64,000 nt of DNA from Botryllus schlosseri (GCA_051294905.1 CM119372.1:32302001-32366000); one strand, 5' to 3'; counted from the stretch's first letter, positions 32,255 through 46,713 are shown. The notes: generated by a model not told the origin, from the sequence alone. Made by a program: numbers and translations.

Positions 32255-33079
32255 TTACAAGTTTGAACCTTCACACATTTTCATTTTTTTTGGCTTGGGC
32301 AAAGTTTGGCTCCCATGTCCTCTACCCGGGGAGAGCCCAACGTATTGTATATTTTCAATCGACGAGGTGCACTCGTCACCTCTTTGTTGGGTACCTTCGT
32401 CTTTCTCTTTTCGAGGTTGGTGAGTTCGCTCTGACAACTGTTCAATAGGAAGAATGAAAGCACCTCCCACGAAGCCATAAATTGTCGTAGTTCCATATGT
32501 AAAGCTCCACCCTTCAGGGTTTCCGCCGTATAGTAGTTCAAATTCTGCCTGTTGTCGCAACATTAAAACATCCCAAAGGGGCAACTCTTTATCATTTCGA
32601 TAATATTGAAGCAATATGGCAATGGCGGTTACTAGCGCTTCTGCGTATAACACGTATAGAACTAAAAGTCCCTTTTCTTCCTCAGTATTTTGATTCAATG
32701 CCTTATTAATTTTACACGCGTCTTGTACGCAAGTGTGACACAGTTTTACAAGTTCCATTACATCCCAAGTGTTTTGAAAGTATGCACGAACGTTCCTCAT
32801 AACCCAACACTGTCTGCATTGATCAATTGTGGCCGGGCGGAATGGCACTTCCAATCTTGTCCAGTCCCCTTTTGTAAGTACGCACTTTTGCCAATATTGG
32901 ATTCTCGGGTTAGCATTTCCATGAGCTCCCATCAATAAGTTCATCAAATGATCTCTAACCGGAGTAGTCTTGATAGTTTCCATTACTAGGCGTTGTCTAT
33001 GCGTTAGCGGAATACTCGATGCCCACTTGAGTGCAAAACTATGATCAACTTCAGGCTGGCACAGAAGTCCGTGACACAT
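32255..33079 (-). CDS. Orphan protein, 274 aa
   Basis: Long ATG-initiated intronless ORF with a CxxC pair and a hydrophobic segment; last ORF of the island. Confidence 0.65.
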   Translation of the reverse strand: MCHGLLCQPEVDHSFALKWASSIPLTHRQRLVMETIKTTPVRDHLMNLLMGAHGNANPRIQYWQKCVLTKGDWTRLEVPFRPATIDQCRQCWVMRNVRAYFQNTWDVMELVKLCHTCVQDACKINKALNQNTEEEKGLLVLYVLYAEALVTAIAILLQYYRNDKELPLWDVLMLRQQAEFELLYGGNPEGWSFTYGTTTIYGFVGGAFILPIEQLSERTHQPRKEKDEGTQQRGDECTSSIENIQYVGLSPGRGHGSQTLPKPKKMKMCEGSNL

Positions 33080-33224
33080 GTTGTCTAAACTAACTCTTCA
33101 CCTATATCCCTTTTTTTGAAGAAAAATAGAATTACTGGGCGTTGTCTATGCGTTAGCGGAAAGCTTGATGCCCACTTGAGTGTAAAACTATGATCAATTT
33201 CGGGCTGGCACAGAAATCCGTGAC
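32982..33224. repeat. 94-bp duplication of the 5' coding end of ORF 32255-33079
   Basis: 32982-33075 is repeated at 33131-33224; the copy lacks the ATG. Confidence 0.9.
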
Positions 33225-36200
33225 TTTTTTACCATACGGTCATTTCCCAGTTTGCGTACGGAGAACGCATGTACGTCGCCGACTTCACGAGTACTATACA
33301 TAGCATGACAGGCAATTGTTGAAGCAGGCTATTAGGCCGCGTTGATACGTTGTTGCATAATATACAATGTACGTAAGTGGCTCATATACCAAAAATCATC
33401 ACCATGGTACATATGGTTTTTTATTTTAGAATCACTCCATTGCAAAATAGCTTAGCCATTAGCCGTTAATGAATACAAAATACACAGCGTTTAGGTAAAT
33501 GCAACCTTAATCCATGTAATCATGACCACAACCCGCGTTCACTACAGCCGTGCTCAGTCAGCATCGTCTAGTAGGCCCACCAAAATCCAGAAAGTTAGGT
33601 TACAATTTTTACTGAATACTATCCGACGAATAACGATAAACAGATCAGTGATGCTTTAAAAAGAAAAGAAAAAAAGGAAAAAACCACCATTTCAAAATGC
33701 AACATACAGTCGCGCAAGCATTGCTGCTTGACTCAATGCGCGAACATGCCAAATATATGCCCACAGGACATCGTTGTTATTGATTCTCTGCTTCTAGTAA
33801 TATCTGGCGTAACTGATTCAGTTAATTGGACAAAATCCCATTAACAGTTGTCACCATTGTGGTCAAAACACTATTCAGGTTTGTTGGCTCGGCGCACAAT
33901 GTCTTCTGAAGAATCAAACCATAGATAGGCTAACTAACATACGGAGGCTAGTTATCTATAATTTAACAGTTTGATATTCTGTCATTGCCTGAGACGTTCA
34001 AAGCGTTTCTGACGCAAGGGACGGACACTTTTATTGTCACACCCGATTAGAGTGGTAACTAAGTAAAAAGGTATGGAACACCTCTGACTGCGAGATACAC
34101 TCGATTGATTATTACTGATTCAGTCTCGTCCATCTCCATATCCTACTTCAACCACCTTCGTTTTATGGCGTAACAGTGGACTAACACGGTGTAGACCGCT
34201 ATTATATTATAGAATGTAAACGTTTACACTCTACAATAGTACTTCTCAACCTGTGTGACGGTTCGCAATTGTGCGAATTAAAACAATTTCAGTGCGAATG
34301 ACGAAGGTGGTGCGAACAGTGCGAATGAATTTACGGATCAAGTGCGAACGAAAATCGTGAACAATTGTTAATTTTTCTGATGGTGAATAATTCAAACAAA
34401 CCCAACAGGAAACCCAAGGTCAGTCGAACCTCTGTAGTAGTGACGCAATTTCGAGTTTCTTTGTTCCTCTCGTATAGCCTACTCGCGAGACAGAAGTTGG
34501 AGCAGCGTATCATAAGGTAGCGAGCTCTAATGTGCCTATATATTTTTTTTTTTTTATCGTTTTTCTATTATGTTCCAAGAGATAAGGAAAAAGCCTCAAT
34601 ACAATCATGTGGGGTTTTTCATCCGCCCAACAAACTGGAGCCTAAGGGCGATTTCTGCGAGCAAGCATTCTTCATTCGCGAAAATACGCTGCATTTCGGG
34701 CTGGAGTCCAGAACAGATTTTAAGACATGGCCATCCAAGAAAGTGGACGTTTTTGTACAAAACTCAACAACTCATTTTACAGAAATAGGTGAAATCAAAC
34801 CGAGCGAAAAAGTTGCCATTTTAATGTGACACTGCAATGCAACCTTGTTTTATACGGCCCGCGAAAGCCTCAATAAACGTGAAAATATTGATAAAATGCG
34901 CAAAATACCAAATTACTGTGGGTACTTGGTTAAACTTCTTCTTACTGTATTTCAACATGGTAACGATAAGTTATATTCTGCCATAGTATTTTTTTTTTTT
35001 TATTTATTTATTTTATTGATAGTGTGATGTCCCGAGCTCACGGCCCATGTATTTATGAAAGCTATCAATTGCTAAACAACACAGAACGTGAATCGTAAAT
35101 GACTTAATTTGGACTACAAGTGTGATCTAAGATTGGTGACAGGAGCAAGTGCAATACTTTTTGTGCTATACTTGGACAAACCGATTCGCAAGTGTGTCAG
35201 GTAGACTCGTTTATTTATGTGTAGAGGTATTTATATATTGTAGAACAGTATCTAATGGTAGCGCAATGATGTCGTCAGCCTTGTGTCCTGGAGTCAGACC
35301 AAAAGTACAATCAGCAATTCTACGAACAGATTGGTGCTCACAGACTCAAATTCACAACCAATTCTAAGAATCGGGGCAGGGACATCTAGAGTTCTAGATA
35401 TCCCTGAATATGGACAACAGGATTTCATCCATTATTTTGACAATGAGGACGAGCAACACATAAATTCTTGTCAATGTTTCTGAAGCGTGTACGCTATCAT
35501 CAAATGAATGTTTGGTTTGTCTTAAATAACCAAATACATACAAATTATTCCCATGTTATCGGTCACTATATTACTAAACAACAATATTTAATTTTGGCTT
35601 AGTATCTCGATTTTATATAGTGCGGCTCACGAATGGATTCAAATGTTGAATGAAGCCCGCGAGATAAACAGTTTGCCCACTCTCGAGGTAAGCAGACAAT
35701 TTTTTTGCACATCAGAACAAAATGTTGTTAAGTGTTATCATCTTCTATTTTATAACAATATTCGATTAGCACGTGCGAATGAAATTTGTCTTACACCAAA
35801 GATGCGAATGGAGCTCAAAAAGGCTGAAAAGCACTGCTCTACAATTATATCGTAGCAACGCCGCAGTACTTTCATGCAGTGTTGCACTGCATATTGGAAC
35901 TGATTATGAAACGGCGCGCTGTATTCTTGTGATACTAATTATTATGTCGTGGGACGGACGATGCTGCTTGGCGGGCCGGATCCGGCCCGCGGGCCGTAGG
36001 TTGCCAACCCTTGAACTACGCAATCGCGTAATATCGCAGAAGGCAACGCTTTTCCAATCCGACACAACATAGTGTCTATTGTACATATCTTCATGCTACT
36101 GAAGTGGTATCAACCCCAGTTGCTGGTGATGTGTAACTTGCAACTGCATAAGGGATTCGTAAGTATACACATTTTGCCTTATTTGACACCGCCCAGTGCC

Positions 36201-39200
36201 CATATACGCTCGATAAGTCATTTCACGTGATACACTATTGCTCTATTTTACGTTTCATGCATGATCAACAGCGTTCACAGGCCAACAGCAACTTCGTGTG
36301 CCATCTAAACAAATATACAACTGCCTCTATATAGTGTTGTTATTACAGGCTCCGGAATCAAACTAGCACGTTTTGCACTCGTAGTAGCGATCTACTAGAT
36401 AATTAAATACTACAATCAGTTTTTACAGCATTGCTTTTGCATTTACAATCCGACAGTTTATGCGCTTACGGTCTTATCATGGACATATTTGATTTTCGTC
36501 ATCGTGTCGTTTTTCAATGATCAAGCAACCCACAACAACGATGACGAACAGTCATGCTGAACGCTAATCAGTGAACACTGAGCAGTATTGCTGGTAGCTG
36601 AACATTCAGACACTCTAGATTACATTGTTTACGTCATTTTATAAATAGTATCTTTCAAGATATTAAGGAAGCATACCAAACGTATTTGGTATATTTGTAG
36701 TTTTACAGCAGGTGTGAACTTTATGCTATGATCTGCTACGCCAGGTCTGCCCCCACTGAATGCATTTCTAGCTCGTACCAGATGTATTATTAACACACAA
36801 GCAACCACATATCGAAACACTGGTGCTGGCGTAATCATATTCTCTGGCCATTGCGAGTTCGCGACGAGCGTTCCACGTAATTTAACCTTCCCCGCGACAG
36901 GGCCCATCAAGTGTTTAATCATCAATTCCCAGAAGGCCTACGTTGAGTGACTCGGCACAGGCGTTGTAAGCCAAATGTTACCCCGCGATCACAGAATGTG
37001 ATACTGCCACAAACATGAATGACCTTAGAGTCGTCGACACAGAGGAGGATCTCAAGTTAGACACAGAAGATGATCATCCCGCCTCCGTATTTAATCGGAT
37101 ATCCGCCCGATATTTTGGAAGTTCGGCGTAAACAACTATTCAGGTGTTTACAGACGGTTTCGTGGAATACCCTATCCATCTTTTGAAAAATATGTCAAGA
37201 ACCCTTAGTTGCATTATATCACATCCAGAGTTAGGAAACCAGAAAATTCTCGATTTTCCAAACCGAATCACAGCCACAAACATTATTATCGTCCAAGAAC
37301 ATGCTCCAAATTAGATTCAAATCGTAGTTTCCTAACAGTTTCATAGGTAGGTCAGAATTAAGTTTCCTGAGTTTGCAAAATGTAGGGAATTGTATTATGT
37401 TCAGTTCTTATGATTTAAGAATTCATGAAAAATAGTATGGCAAATGTCTCCGCGGCAAGCTCGGCTCATTTTGCACTGTACAGCCAACCTGTAGGTTTTT
37501 CTGGAAGACCATGGATAAATTCAACTAAAATTAGAGCATGGAAACATTTCGCAAACTGGACCAGAACCAGACCACCAGCACCCCGCTCTAATCTGTCTAA
37601 TCAAACAACCAGAATTATCCAATTGCCACAGTCCGTTACAGAGACAAGATACTGCTTAAATAATGGAGATTCCTGTACCAGTCCAGTGGCTTAATATGGC
37701 TGATCAATTGATCATATATATGTGGCTTTCTCGCTAGTTCAGGCATCCATCAACTACGTAATTAGAAGATTTACACTGAAGTCCCAGCTGTCGTTAGTTA
37801 CTGACTTTTAATGTATCAGATAATCGCATCAATTTCCAGACTGGTACGGGTTCGTTTTAATTTGGTGGGGCATCTCTTCTTGCTGCAATTCACCTATATC
37901 CGCGGCCGATATTGAACCATTGTTTTTTTTTTTATTTTTTTTTATTTTTTTTTAAATGGGCCATATAGGATCCTGTGCGAATTTCACACTTTACTGGCAT
38001 AAATCCGGGGAAAACAAGATCTACCGTACAAATGAGCTGTTTGGTCCAGTACAGGGGTTCCCAAAGGTTGAGCCATGGCCCACTGATAGGCCACAGAGTA
38101 TTTAGAGGTGGGCCACAGAGCTGTTTAGAAAACTTCAGAATTTTTGTAAGTGTAATAGAGGTGGTCAAAACAGTTAATAAAGCTACTAAAGCAGAAGCAG
38201 AAGCAGCGACTAAAAAAAATATATATATATCCACTCCAATACGAGTGGAAGCACTTCTCACACAAGCAACCCGAAACCACCCGAAGCAGAAGCAGAACCG
38301 GTTGACCTTGAAAGTACTCAAACAAACAAGTAGTTGTGAAAACGGTTCTGATTGGATGGATTATAAAAAGGTGCAAATGGAGCTATGTGATTGGTGACGA
38401 GCTTAATTCATATTGATGCACACCAGCAGGCATTCAATTTTCGAAAGTATAAGCATTCGTCCACTTCACGGGATGAAAATGATTGTATCGATCAGAAATG
38501 TGACGCTAACCCTCTACTTTCTCGAACAACACGTTTTGGAATATAGCCTGGTATGGCGCCATCCCCCATATTGTAAGGGTGGTAGTTTAATCGAAGAGCA
38601 ACCCGTAGAAATTGTATCGGATACGGTGTAAACACTTTGCACGATTAGTATACGTTAATACAAAATATGGCGGAGTGCAAAAATGCCATATTGTGTAGCC
38701 CTATTCCCAGAAATCAAAGTCATTACTACACTTGCTTTTATACTTCAACATGTATGTTATCCGGACAAAAGAACTGATGATAATTTCAACTCAAGGTATA
38801 TGATACTGGGAATTGAAAGTAAAACACAAATATTACTTCTAAGCGCAGAATATGTACTTTATGTCTTAGTCCAGAAGGTTTTCAAAGTGGTACGCCAAAA
38901 CAGCTCCAAAAAAAAAATTTTCCACTCTTCCAGATTAGGACACGCCCTGGACATGTTTAGATGAAGCACTTCGCCACCAACCGCCTCTGAAGTTTAGTTT
39001 TACCACTAAAAATTTATGCGCATGATCTAACTATACGTCGGCTACTTAGCTACAAAGCTCTTTATCCGACGCTGATCAGACGTAGTTACATGTATGATGT
39101 AAGCATATGTACCAATCGAAAACGCTTGCGGGAAACGTTGGCTTTCCTACTGGCTACGACAACCCACGGCCAACAGCAACCAAAACAATGCTGAGACAAC

Positions 39201-42200
39201 CAAGTATTTCGGCAGCGTCATATGTCATCTGCCGTTTGAAAGGGTATGCAATGAACTCGCAATGAAGTGAAATTGATGTACAGATTTATTGTACTGCGGC
39301 AGGCCGTATTATTGTAAGCTAACTAGCCATAAAAGCAAATTATTAGTAACTTCTGACGCAAGGCTCATCGGAGCACATTCATCTTTGAACTCTGTTTAGA
39401 AATGTCCGGCCTGGAAATCATTATTAGATAATGATAGAGTCACAGGAATTGATCGTATCATTGAATTGTATATTCTTACATCGCAACATCAGCTGTTTGA
39501 TACCGGGCATACAAAGTACATCTTGCATATCTGCAGTACCCCATCTACCAAGGAATTTTTCAGTGGTATAATACTCTAGTGCGGGCCTCGTTAATTTCAA
39601 TTGGGCGCGAGCCACCTCACTAATTACCACGGCCTATCTTAGGCAGTTTGACTTCAACAACGAGATCAAAAAAAGTCAACGCAGTTTAACAGCCACGTCC
39701 GACAAATCTACACGTTATTACAATGTTATGTTTTCCAACATGGACGACGGGCACAATCACCACATTATAGACAATAATTTACTGAAAAACCACAAATACA
39801 ACAAAACTGCCAAGATCATTACTTTTCCCCCATATTTTGAACGGTGAGCCGTGCACGATACTTGATAACACTCTCTAGAAGTTAAAACAGGGATGGCAGT
39901 CGATCTGATATTCACGGGCGCATGTAAACCATTTAGGGCGTTACCAGTAACGTCACATGTCATCCAAAGGTCGGTTAAATAAGTGCCAATGTTGATCGCC
40001 ACGATATATGGCCCGCCGAATGCGAGGCCACCTGCATACGGATACCCGGTTGTCGTCAATAAAGGTTCAAGATATCACACACTCACTGAAAAAACTGCTT
40101 CGATAACATTTCCCTAGCCAATTGCGTTCATTGCTATGGAGTCAGCCTAGGCTGGTTCCGACAATAAATCACAACGTTGAAACCGCTGATACCGGTCACG
40201 TCGCTGAAATGCGTAAGCAACACACGGTAAGTAAAGTTTCTGCTGAATGAGATTAGGACGAAGGCAGGTTCCAGCAAGCAAACTACAGAAGGGTCTGTTT
40301 CCGAATTCAGTTGTTCATCAGATATTTGTTCTTATCCTTACTGTTCATCAACCATTAGGGTAGTTGATATCAGTTGTCAAGATGACAGAAAAGCGAGGTG
40401 TTGTTGTAGAGGTAACTGATGGTGGTTCTGATTTCTGATGTTATTTGAAATGATTGTGTGGTGTGGTAATGTATGAATATATGTTGACATGGTCAATTGA
40501 TCATGTTTATTATTTCGGAAACACTCTAGAACTGAATTACCACTCTCTGATTAGTTATGCGCACATCACCATGCTGACAATATTTCCTATTCATTTCTGC
40601 TCTATCTAGTGATCATGATCACTCTGATTGATTCATCCATTTTGTATTGTTATGTGACTATGCCACTTCTTATGAAAATTTACTTCCATTCTTCAGTAGT
40701 TCTAGTGGTCTTGGCCAAGTCATAATGCACAATATCTGGTTTTGTTTTTGGCATCATAGCATGCCTGGGTTACTATGTTTACCCTCTCCACAAAGCAATT
40801 TCTGTTCTCAAGTTTTTCTAGTTCATTTTCCCGACCTAGTTTCCACTACTTGCACTTATATTCAAGATATATACCGTACCTAAAATTATTGATTTGAAAT
40901 GTAATAAAAATATACCCTTGTAAGGCATTGTTTGATACTAATTTGTTAATTATAATGTTTATATCTGTTTTGCAGGCTATATTTAATGTAAAATAGTACT
41001 AAAGCAATAGCAGGATTTTTAACTCTGTTCCTATCTCTAGATCACTATTAGTTGCTCCATTTACGCTTGACTTGACGCTAGACTGCATGACGCATTCGAA
41101 TTTGAAACACACGGCGCAACATTATCAGTATACAATCCGCAGCCATCCCATTGTACCAGTGAATAGCAAGTCTCAATAAACTGGACTGGGGAACAGAGCA
41201 TTCATTTAATAAAAGGTAATTAGTTTATTGATAAAATATTGTGCAGATTTCTGCATTATCTTATGTTAATGTTGTCAAGACAACACGAAACTGTTTTAGT
41301 AATGGGATTCACCAACCCTTGCTATGGGTGCTGTAAACAGACCGAACAGAACGTCAGACACCCCCTCCCGGACCGGCAACGTCATACGAAGCCTGACCTA
41401 TTCAGACCAGCGACAATAATACAATTCTTGCACCAAGCCCTGACTCAAGTCCAGGGCTATCTCATGTGTACCACACATAAGTGATGCTGTAGTATAGACT
41501 TCAACCCTCCTCTATTTAAATACACAGCGATGATCAGCAGCGCTGATGCTGCATAGTCGTGTTCCCCATTAGTACTAACCGGCCGTCTTTTCAATGACTA
41601 CAAGCCAATGATTCACAAGCTTTGCTGTGGTTGTGTGGACCACATCCTAATGCCCATGTTATTTTAGCTTGTTGAAAATCATCCTGTGACAGTAACTGCA
41701 ATAAATGTCGGGTTGCCTCTATCAATTATTAATGCTGGGAAATACTGCATGTGATGGATATGGTTTTCTGATTCACTGTGATACACTTTCAGTTGTCATG
41801 ATGTGAATAGTGGTACTGTCTCCTGAGCATAATCACTTACTTATACAAATGAGAAATTTCTACAATTCGAATTTCAAGAATGGACAAAAAACAAGATGAG
41901 AATATGTGCATGTCTGGAGACAAAGCTTACTAGGAGGTTTGTATGACATTAAATCATTACCTATACTAGAATCAGTAGATATCTTGTTGACTAGCGTTAC
42001 ATTTTTTTGTAATGCCTAGTCATTATTGCTGTTGAACCCTCATTTGTAAGTCATGTGAATCGAGCTGTGATTGTTAGAGTTGGATGCCTTGAACTGCTGC
42101 AACCTCCTTCATCTTGAATCTTCATTCTAGCTATCATGATTTTGATTTTTTTGCAGGAAAATGCAGCCACTTAGATTGATACATGACTGCCGGAACTGCA

Positions 42201-43961
42201 GAAGGTTTCACCGAAGGAATATCAAGTCAAGTCAAAGCACGATCTGTCACGTGAGTTGTAAGACTTGCTGCTTGTTTATTCTGGAACAGTTCAAGCATAC
42301 ATAGAATATACCGGCTGTTATTTTACCTCTGACCCACAAGTTACTTATGGCTTTGAACCCACCATGACCGCAGACCTGCGCAAACTACTGGATTTTCAAA
42401 ATGAGAAACTAGAAGTAGAACTACTCACTCTTCAAAAATCCATAACCAGAACTAGGATATGGTAGTCAAAGTAGTTGTCGTTGCCACTGCAGTAGAAATA
42501 ACACAATGAATTTTCAGTTGATTACAAGTAGTACTAGCGACTTCCCAGTCATGTCAAAATCCAGAAGTGGACTTGGACAATGAACGGCCAAGTCGCAAGA
42601 GATTAGACTTCACATAAAAACGTAGTCAGAGCATACAGTTACTGATAGTCCGAAGTTTACTGTTGGCCCTAACATCAGTTGTGGTTACATGCGGGAAATC
42701 ACAGTCCTCAATTGTTTCGTACTAACTCAGGGCATGTACATTTGTACAAGCATACTCCCTTATCCATAACTACAATAACATGTCTAACCATCCCCAATCA
42801 GTCTTCACCAGCTAGTCATCTATGTCTGACTTACCAACTGTGACTTTTAGATCTCAGGAATGATAAGGATATGATCAGGAGAGCCGCCGACCACCCGAGG
42901 AGAAAGAGGCGGACCAGCGAGCCCGGAAGTCCCGCTCAGCAGTCTCACAGAAGACATCACATCGCATCTATATCCGATCGCCACCCCAATATAAGATCAA
43001 CAGTGGACATCCCGGCACCATCCGCATGGGCACCGGTGAAACTGCCTGCACCGAAACCAGAGGGACATCACCGCCACCCGTGATAATTTATATTTGTACT
43101 TGGGAAACCTGCAAATAAGCGAATCTGCCCGGAAGACGACCCCTTGTCTCGGTCATTGAACTGAATATTTATGGAAAGTGTGCTGCAATTTGGAACTCTA
43201 GTCGGAGATATCACCCGTACGGTCAACAATAACTACAAACTCGCAATAAGTTTCCCAATTCCACTTGTGACGATGCTAACACAGGCTTCGCAGTTTTCTC
43301 ATTTCCTGTGCGCCACCGGCCCACTGCAAAGTGTCCCCCAAGCATCCCAAACCAACCTGAAGGTACTAAAAGTACTCGAGCAGGTTGCTTTGAAACCTGA
43401 CCAGGTTGTTGCTGTTGAGTATGATTTGATTGGCGATTTTAACTCAATGGTTTTGTTCGCCATTTTCGTGATAACTGTTCAGTGTTCATGCATTAGATGA
43501 CTGCATTCGTTGATAGAGTGAAATCTATTACATCCTTGAAGACCTGACCAGGTGTCGTATTCTTTTAGCAATTGTAAAACGGTAGCCACTCTTGAAATTG
43601 CTGGTTTTTGTGCTTATAACTGATATTAAGCCTCGCTTACTTTTCGAGAATATATAAATTCAATGGCTGACATTATCGTTACACTGATTCTGTTTTGACC
43701 GGTCAGCGTGAGATTGATAACCATGTCTCAAAACTCATCCAAACATTACAAAATCCGAAATGTAAAAGGAGGTCGTTTTCTCAATACCTCATGAAGTAGA
43801 AAGTGGCATAACATCAGAGCGAGCCAGAGTGAGTTGTGCAAGTAGGCAAACCTGAGTACTCAAAAAAAATCCACGGTACTTAATTAAACACCCCTGGTCA
43901 ATATAAAAGTGTGCCTTATATTGGAATTGTAGCGGCCATAGTACTTTGCTAGTGGCTACAC

Positions 43962-45129
43962 CAGAGGTCTCAAACTCAAATGTGCTCGCGGGCCAATTTC
44001 CTACTTTTTCATGGTGCTGCGGGCCTCAGCAACAATAATGGGGTAATTCAATGTATTTCCAAGTATAGGCCTTATTTGACGGAACCTTGCAGACTCGAAT
44101 TCCACACGCATCGTGAAAATGTGATTTAGTATTGTTAATTCACGCTGGCAAGACAAACATCTCATTTTTAAATATTTGAATAAAATTGTTGCTGTACTTG
44201 GCATAGTTTGTCAAAATAATTAGTTGTAGACCCCATGCGACAGTACGAATGCATCAGGATATCGCAAAAGCTGGCGCGTCATAATTTTGCAGCTAGTGGA
44301 CATTTGACGGACCATAATTGAAGGTAAAATTTAATAATTTTACAAAGATTGTTTTGATATCCGAGCATTGGAGCAGTATAGCCTAAACCGGGTTTCGGGC
44401 ATAGACCTACTCCTGATAACTAGGCTACATTGATCAGATCATGTCATTACGAAAGTCAAATAATATCAGCGTTAGATCTACCTTCGAAATGAAACAGATA
44501 GATAACAACTTGACCATACCGATACGGTGGAAATGTTCAATCGCCGAAGATCCCATTGGTGTTACAGGCAAAGCATAGGCTACGACTACTTGATACTCGC
44601 CACATTAAATTGGCGATAATAACATATAAAAAGATACCCAAGATAACACAGAATGTAACCAACTATTCATCCAAGGGGCACATAATGCCAATGGCGGTGG
44701 CCACACCGACCTGCTTAGATATCTAAATAAGCTACGCAACGCAAGATACGAACTTTTGATATTTAATTGTTTCTCAAACCAGTTTGATAGTTTGTTGCGT
44801 TTGTGATTGTACCAAGTCACGGCATTCCGAGTCACAAAAGTTCTTTTCTGATTGTAACGTTTGACGCGACGAGTATGAGTATGAGTAATTCATCATGAAC
44901 AAGCAATGCCACTCAACAGATCATCTCCCACAACGTGGTAACTTTTGAAAGCTATGTAATAGTGAAGTCCGATGAGCTGTTTCAAGCTTCTGGAGTAGCC
45001 TCAGAGCGAATTTTAAGTCCTCAAATTAAAAAAAAATTGGTAGTCAAATATTGTCGAATACTCCGAAACACAAAATGCCGTCGCGGGCAGCACAAAATGG
45101 TCTTGCGGGCCGCGTGTTTGAGACCTCTG
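43962..45129. mobile_element. Non-autonomous hAT element
   Basis: TIR cagaggtctcaaac/gtttgagacctctg; perfect 8-bp TSD ggctacac. Confidence 0.9.
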
Positions 45130-46277
45130 GGCTACACCTTGGTATGGTAGTTCTGTCACTTTCTACCCCATTGTATGAGCAGGTGTATCCAGTAGTATTT
45201 CACGAGCTAAGTAGTCAATTATACAAAATATCAATAATTGTGTTGGAATATTAGCACAATGCTTGACCCTTACTTTCTTTGCACCATTATGAGTGCGCGT
45301 AGAACTAGGTCTCATAACTCGATCCTTTATTGGCGACAAACTCATTGTCCCTGAATTATTGCGACTCAGTATTTCTGCATAAAGAACTGCAGTTTGAAAG
45401 GCCGCGTTGAGCAAGCACAGCGCCTTTATTACGTCATCACAAACGCTAGCTGCTCGCTATATACTGTCCACGGAATGATGCAATGGTAACGTGAGTGCCG
45501 AACGTTCATCGTGTGAGAGTCAACGTAATGGATGCACAACATCGACGCGTTATTTTGTCTACAGGGACATTTATGTCCGACAGTGAGCTGGTGTGAGTAA
45601 AGGGAGCGACTGTAGCGTGCGTTGTAACCTATACCCAAATAATTTCGTGAAAACGTACTTGTCACTCCATGTCCACCCTGTGCGACGTGCGATAAAAATT
45701 CTAGATTCTACCCAACCCTTATAAGCGCGAAGAGCAAGCAAGTAGAGCGCAAAATCTAGCGAAGCAGATACAGCGAAAATGAGACCCACCTGAATAGGTA
45801 TCTCAAGTAATGAAAACCACCTGAGCACCTTGAAAGGACAGAAAACTTTGGCGAATACGTGGAATATTCTACCTTATGGTCATATCCGAATGTACGAGAA
45901 TGTGGCTGGCCTCGGGATACGGCAATACCTTGGAACTGATATTTAAACCCCCAAGTTCCCAAATTAGCTGTCAAGCTAATCTAAGTTTTCATTAGCTTTG
46001 CAAGCTAACTGCAAATTGCCTGGGCAATCTACTTGATATCATAACCAGTGTCGGGAACTATATGCCGCCTTTAGTTGCATTCATCAACGTGATTGCATTC
46101 TACTCGCCCCCCGCAATGTAAAAGACGTAGTATACCAATCTGGACCAAGAAGTGAACACCGAGCAAAAAAATACATCCTCCGCAGGGTGTCGATCGCGCA
46201 CTGCCACGCTGATCACGACTGGCTCATACCGACCGACTGCGCAACTCCAGTCTATAAGCAACACATCTGTTGCCAAT

Positions 46278-46713
46278 CAGTGTTGCCAATTTAGCGATTT
46301 TGTCGCTAGATCTAGCGATTTCTTCGTTCGGTTTAGCGACAAAAAATATCGATCTAGCGACTAGCGATAAATCTAGCGACTTTTGAAAAATATTTAGCGA
46401 TTTTTTAGCGATTTTTTTTCAAAAATATTTGTCATCAATCAGTTTTAAGAAGCAAACCTCATGCACGTTCACCACCTTTTATGTGCACCACAGCGTCAGC
46501 ACGGATCGCCGATTTGTATTCAGGTCGCGTGCATGGAAATCAACGTCTCTACTGACTTTCTTGGTCATGGGAGCGAAGTTGGCCATAACTTTTCCAGTCA
46601 TAAAAATCGCCAAATCCGCCAAAATCATGGCCAAATGACCAAGATTTAGTGACATCTAACGATTTTCGACACCAGTTATAGCGATTTTTGTCCATCCGGG
46701 GTTGGCAACACTG
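46278..46713. mobile_element. hAT-type MITE
   Basis: TIR cagtgttgccaa/ttggcaacactg; internal tagcga repeats; imperfect TSD. Confidence 0.8.

Larger units (their letters stand above)
8330..33300 (-). mobile_element. Giant integrase-less LTR-retroelement or endogenous retroid virus island with cargo genes; boundaries approximate
   Basis: Uninterrupted block of intronless same-strand ORFs with gag-pol, PBS/LTR junction and virus-like accessory genes; no MITEs seen inside, unlike the flanks. Confidence 0.7.

Noticed and set aside
20391-33079. Polinton/Maverick or NCLDV insertion as the source of the cargo
   Set aside because: No pPolB, capsid, packaging ATPase or cysteine protease motifs seen, and no AGTAGT TIRs. 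Not fully excluded without profile searches.
34570-34788. IS30-like WSPEQI motif in a short ORF
   Set aside because: Isolated six-residue match with no other transposase features; likely chance.
39424-40059. Protein-like short minus-strand ORFs
   Set aside because: No convincing splice signals or recognisable domain.
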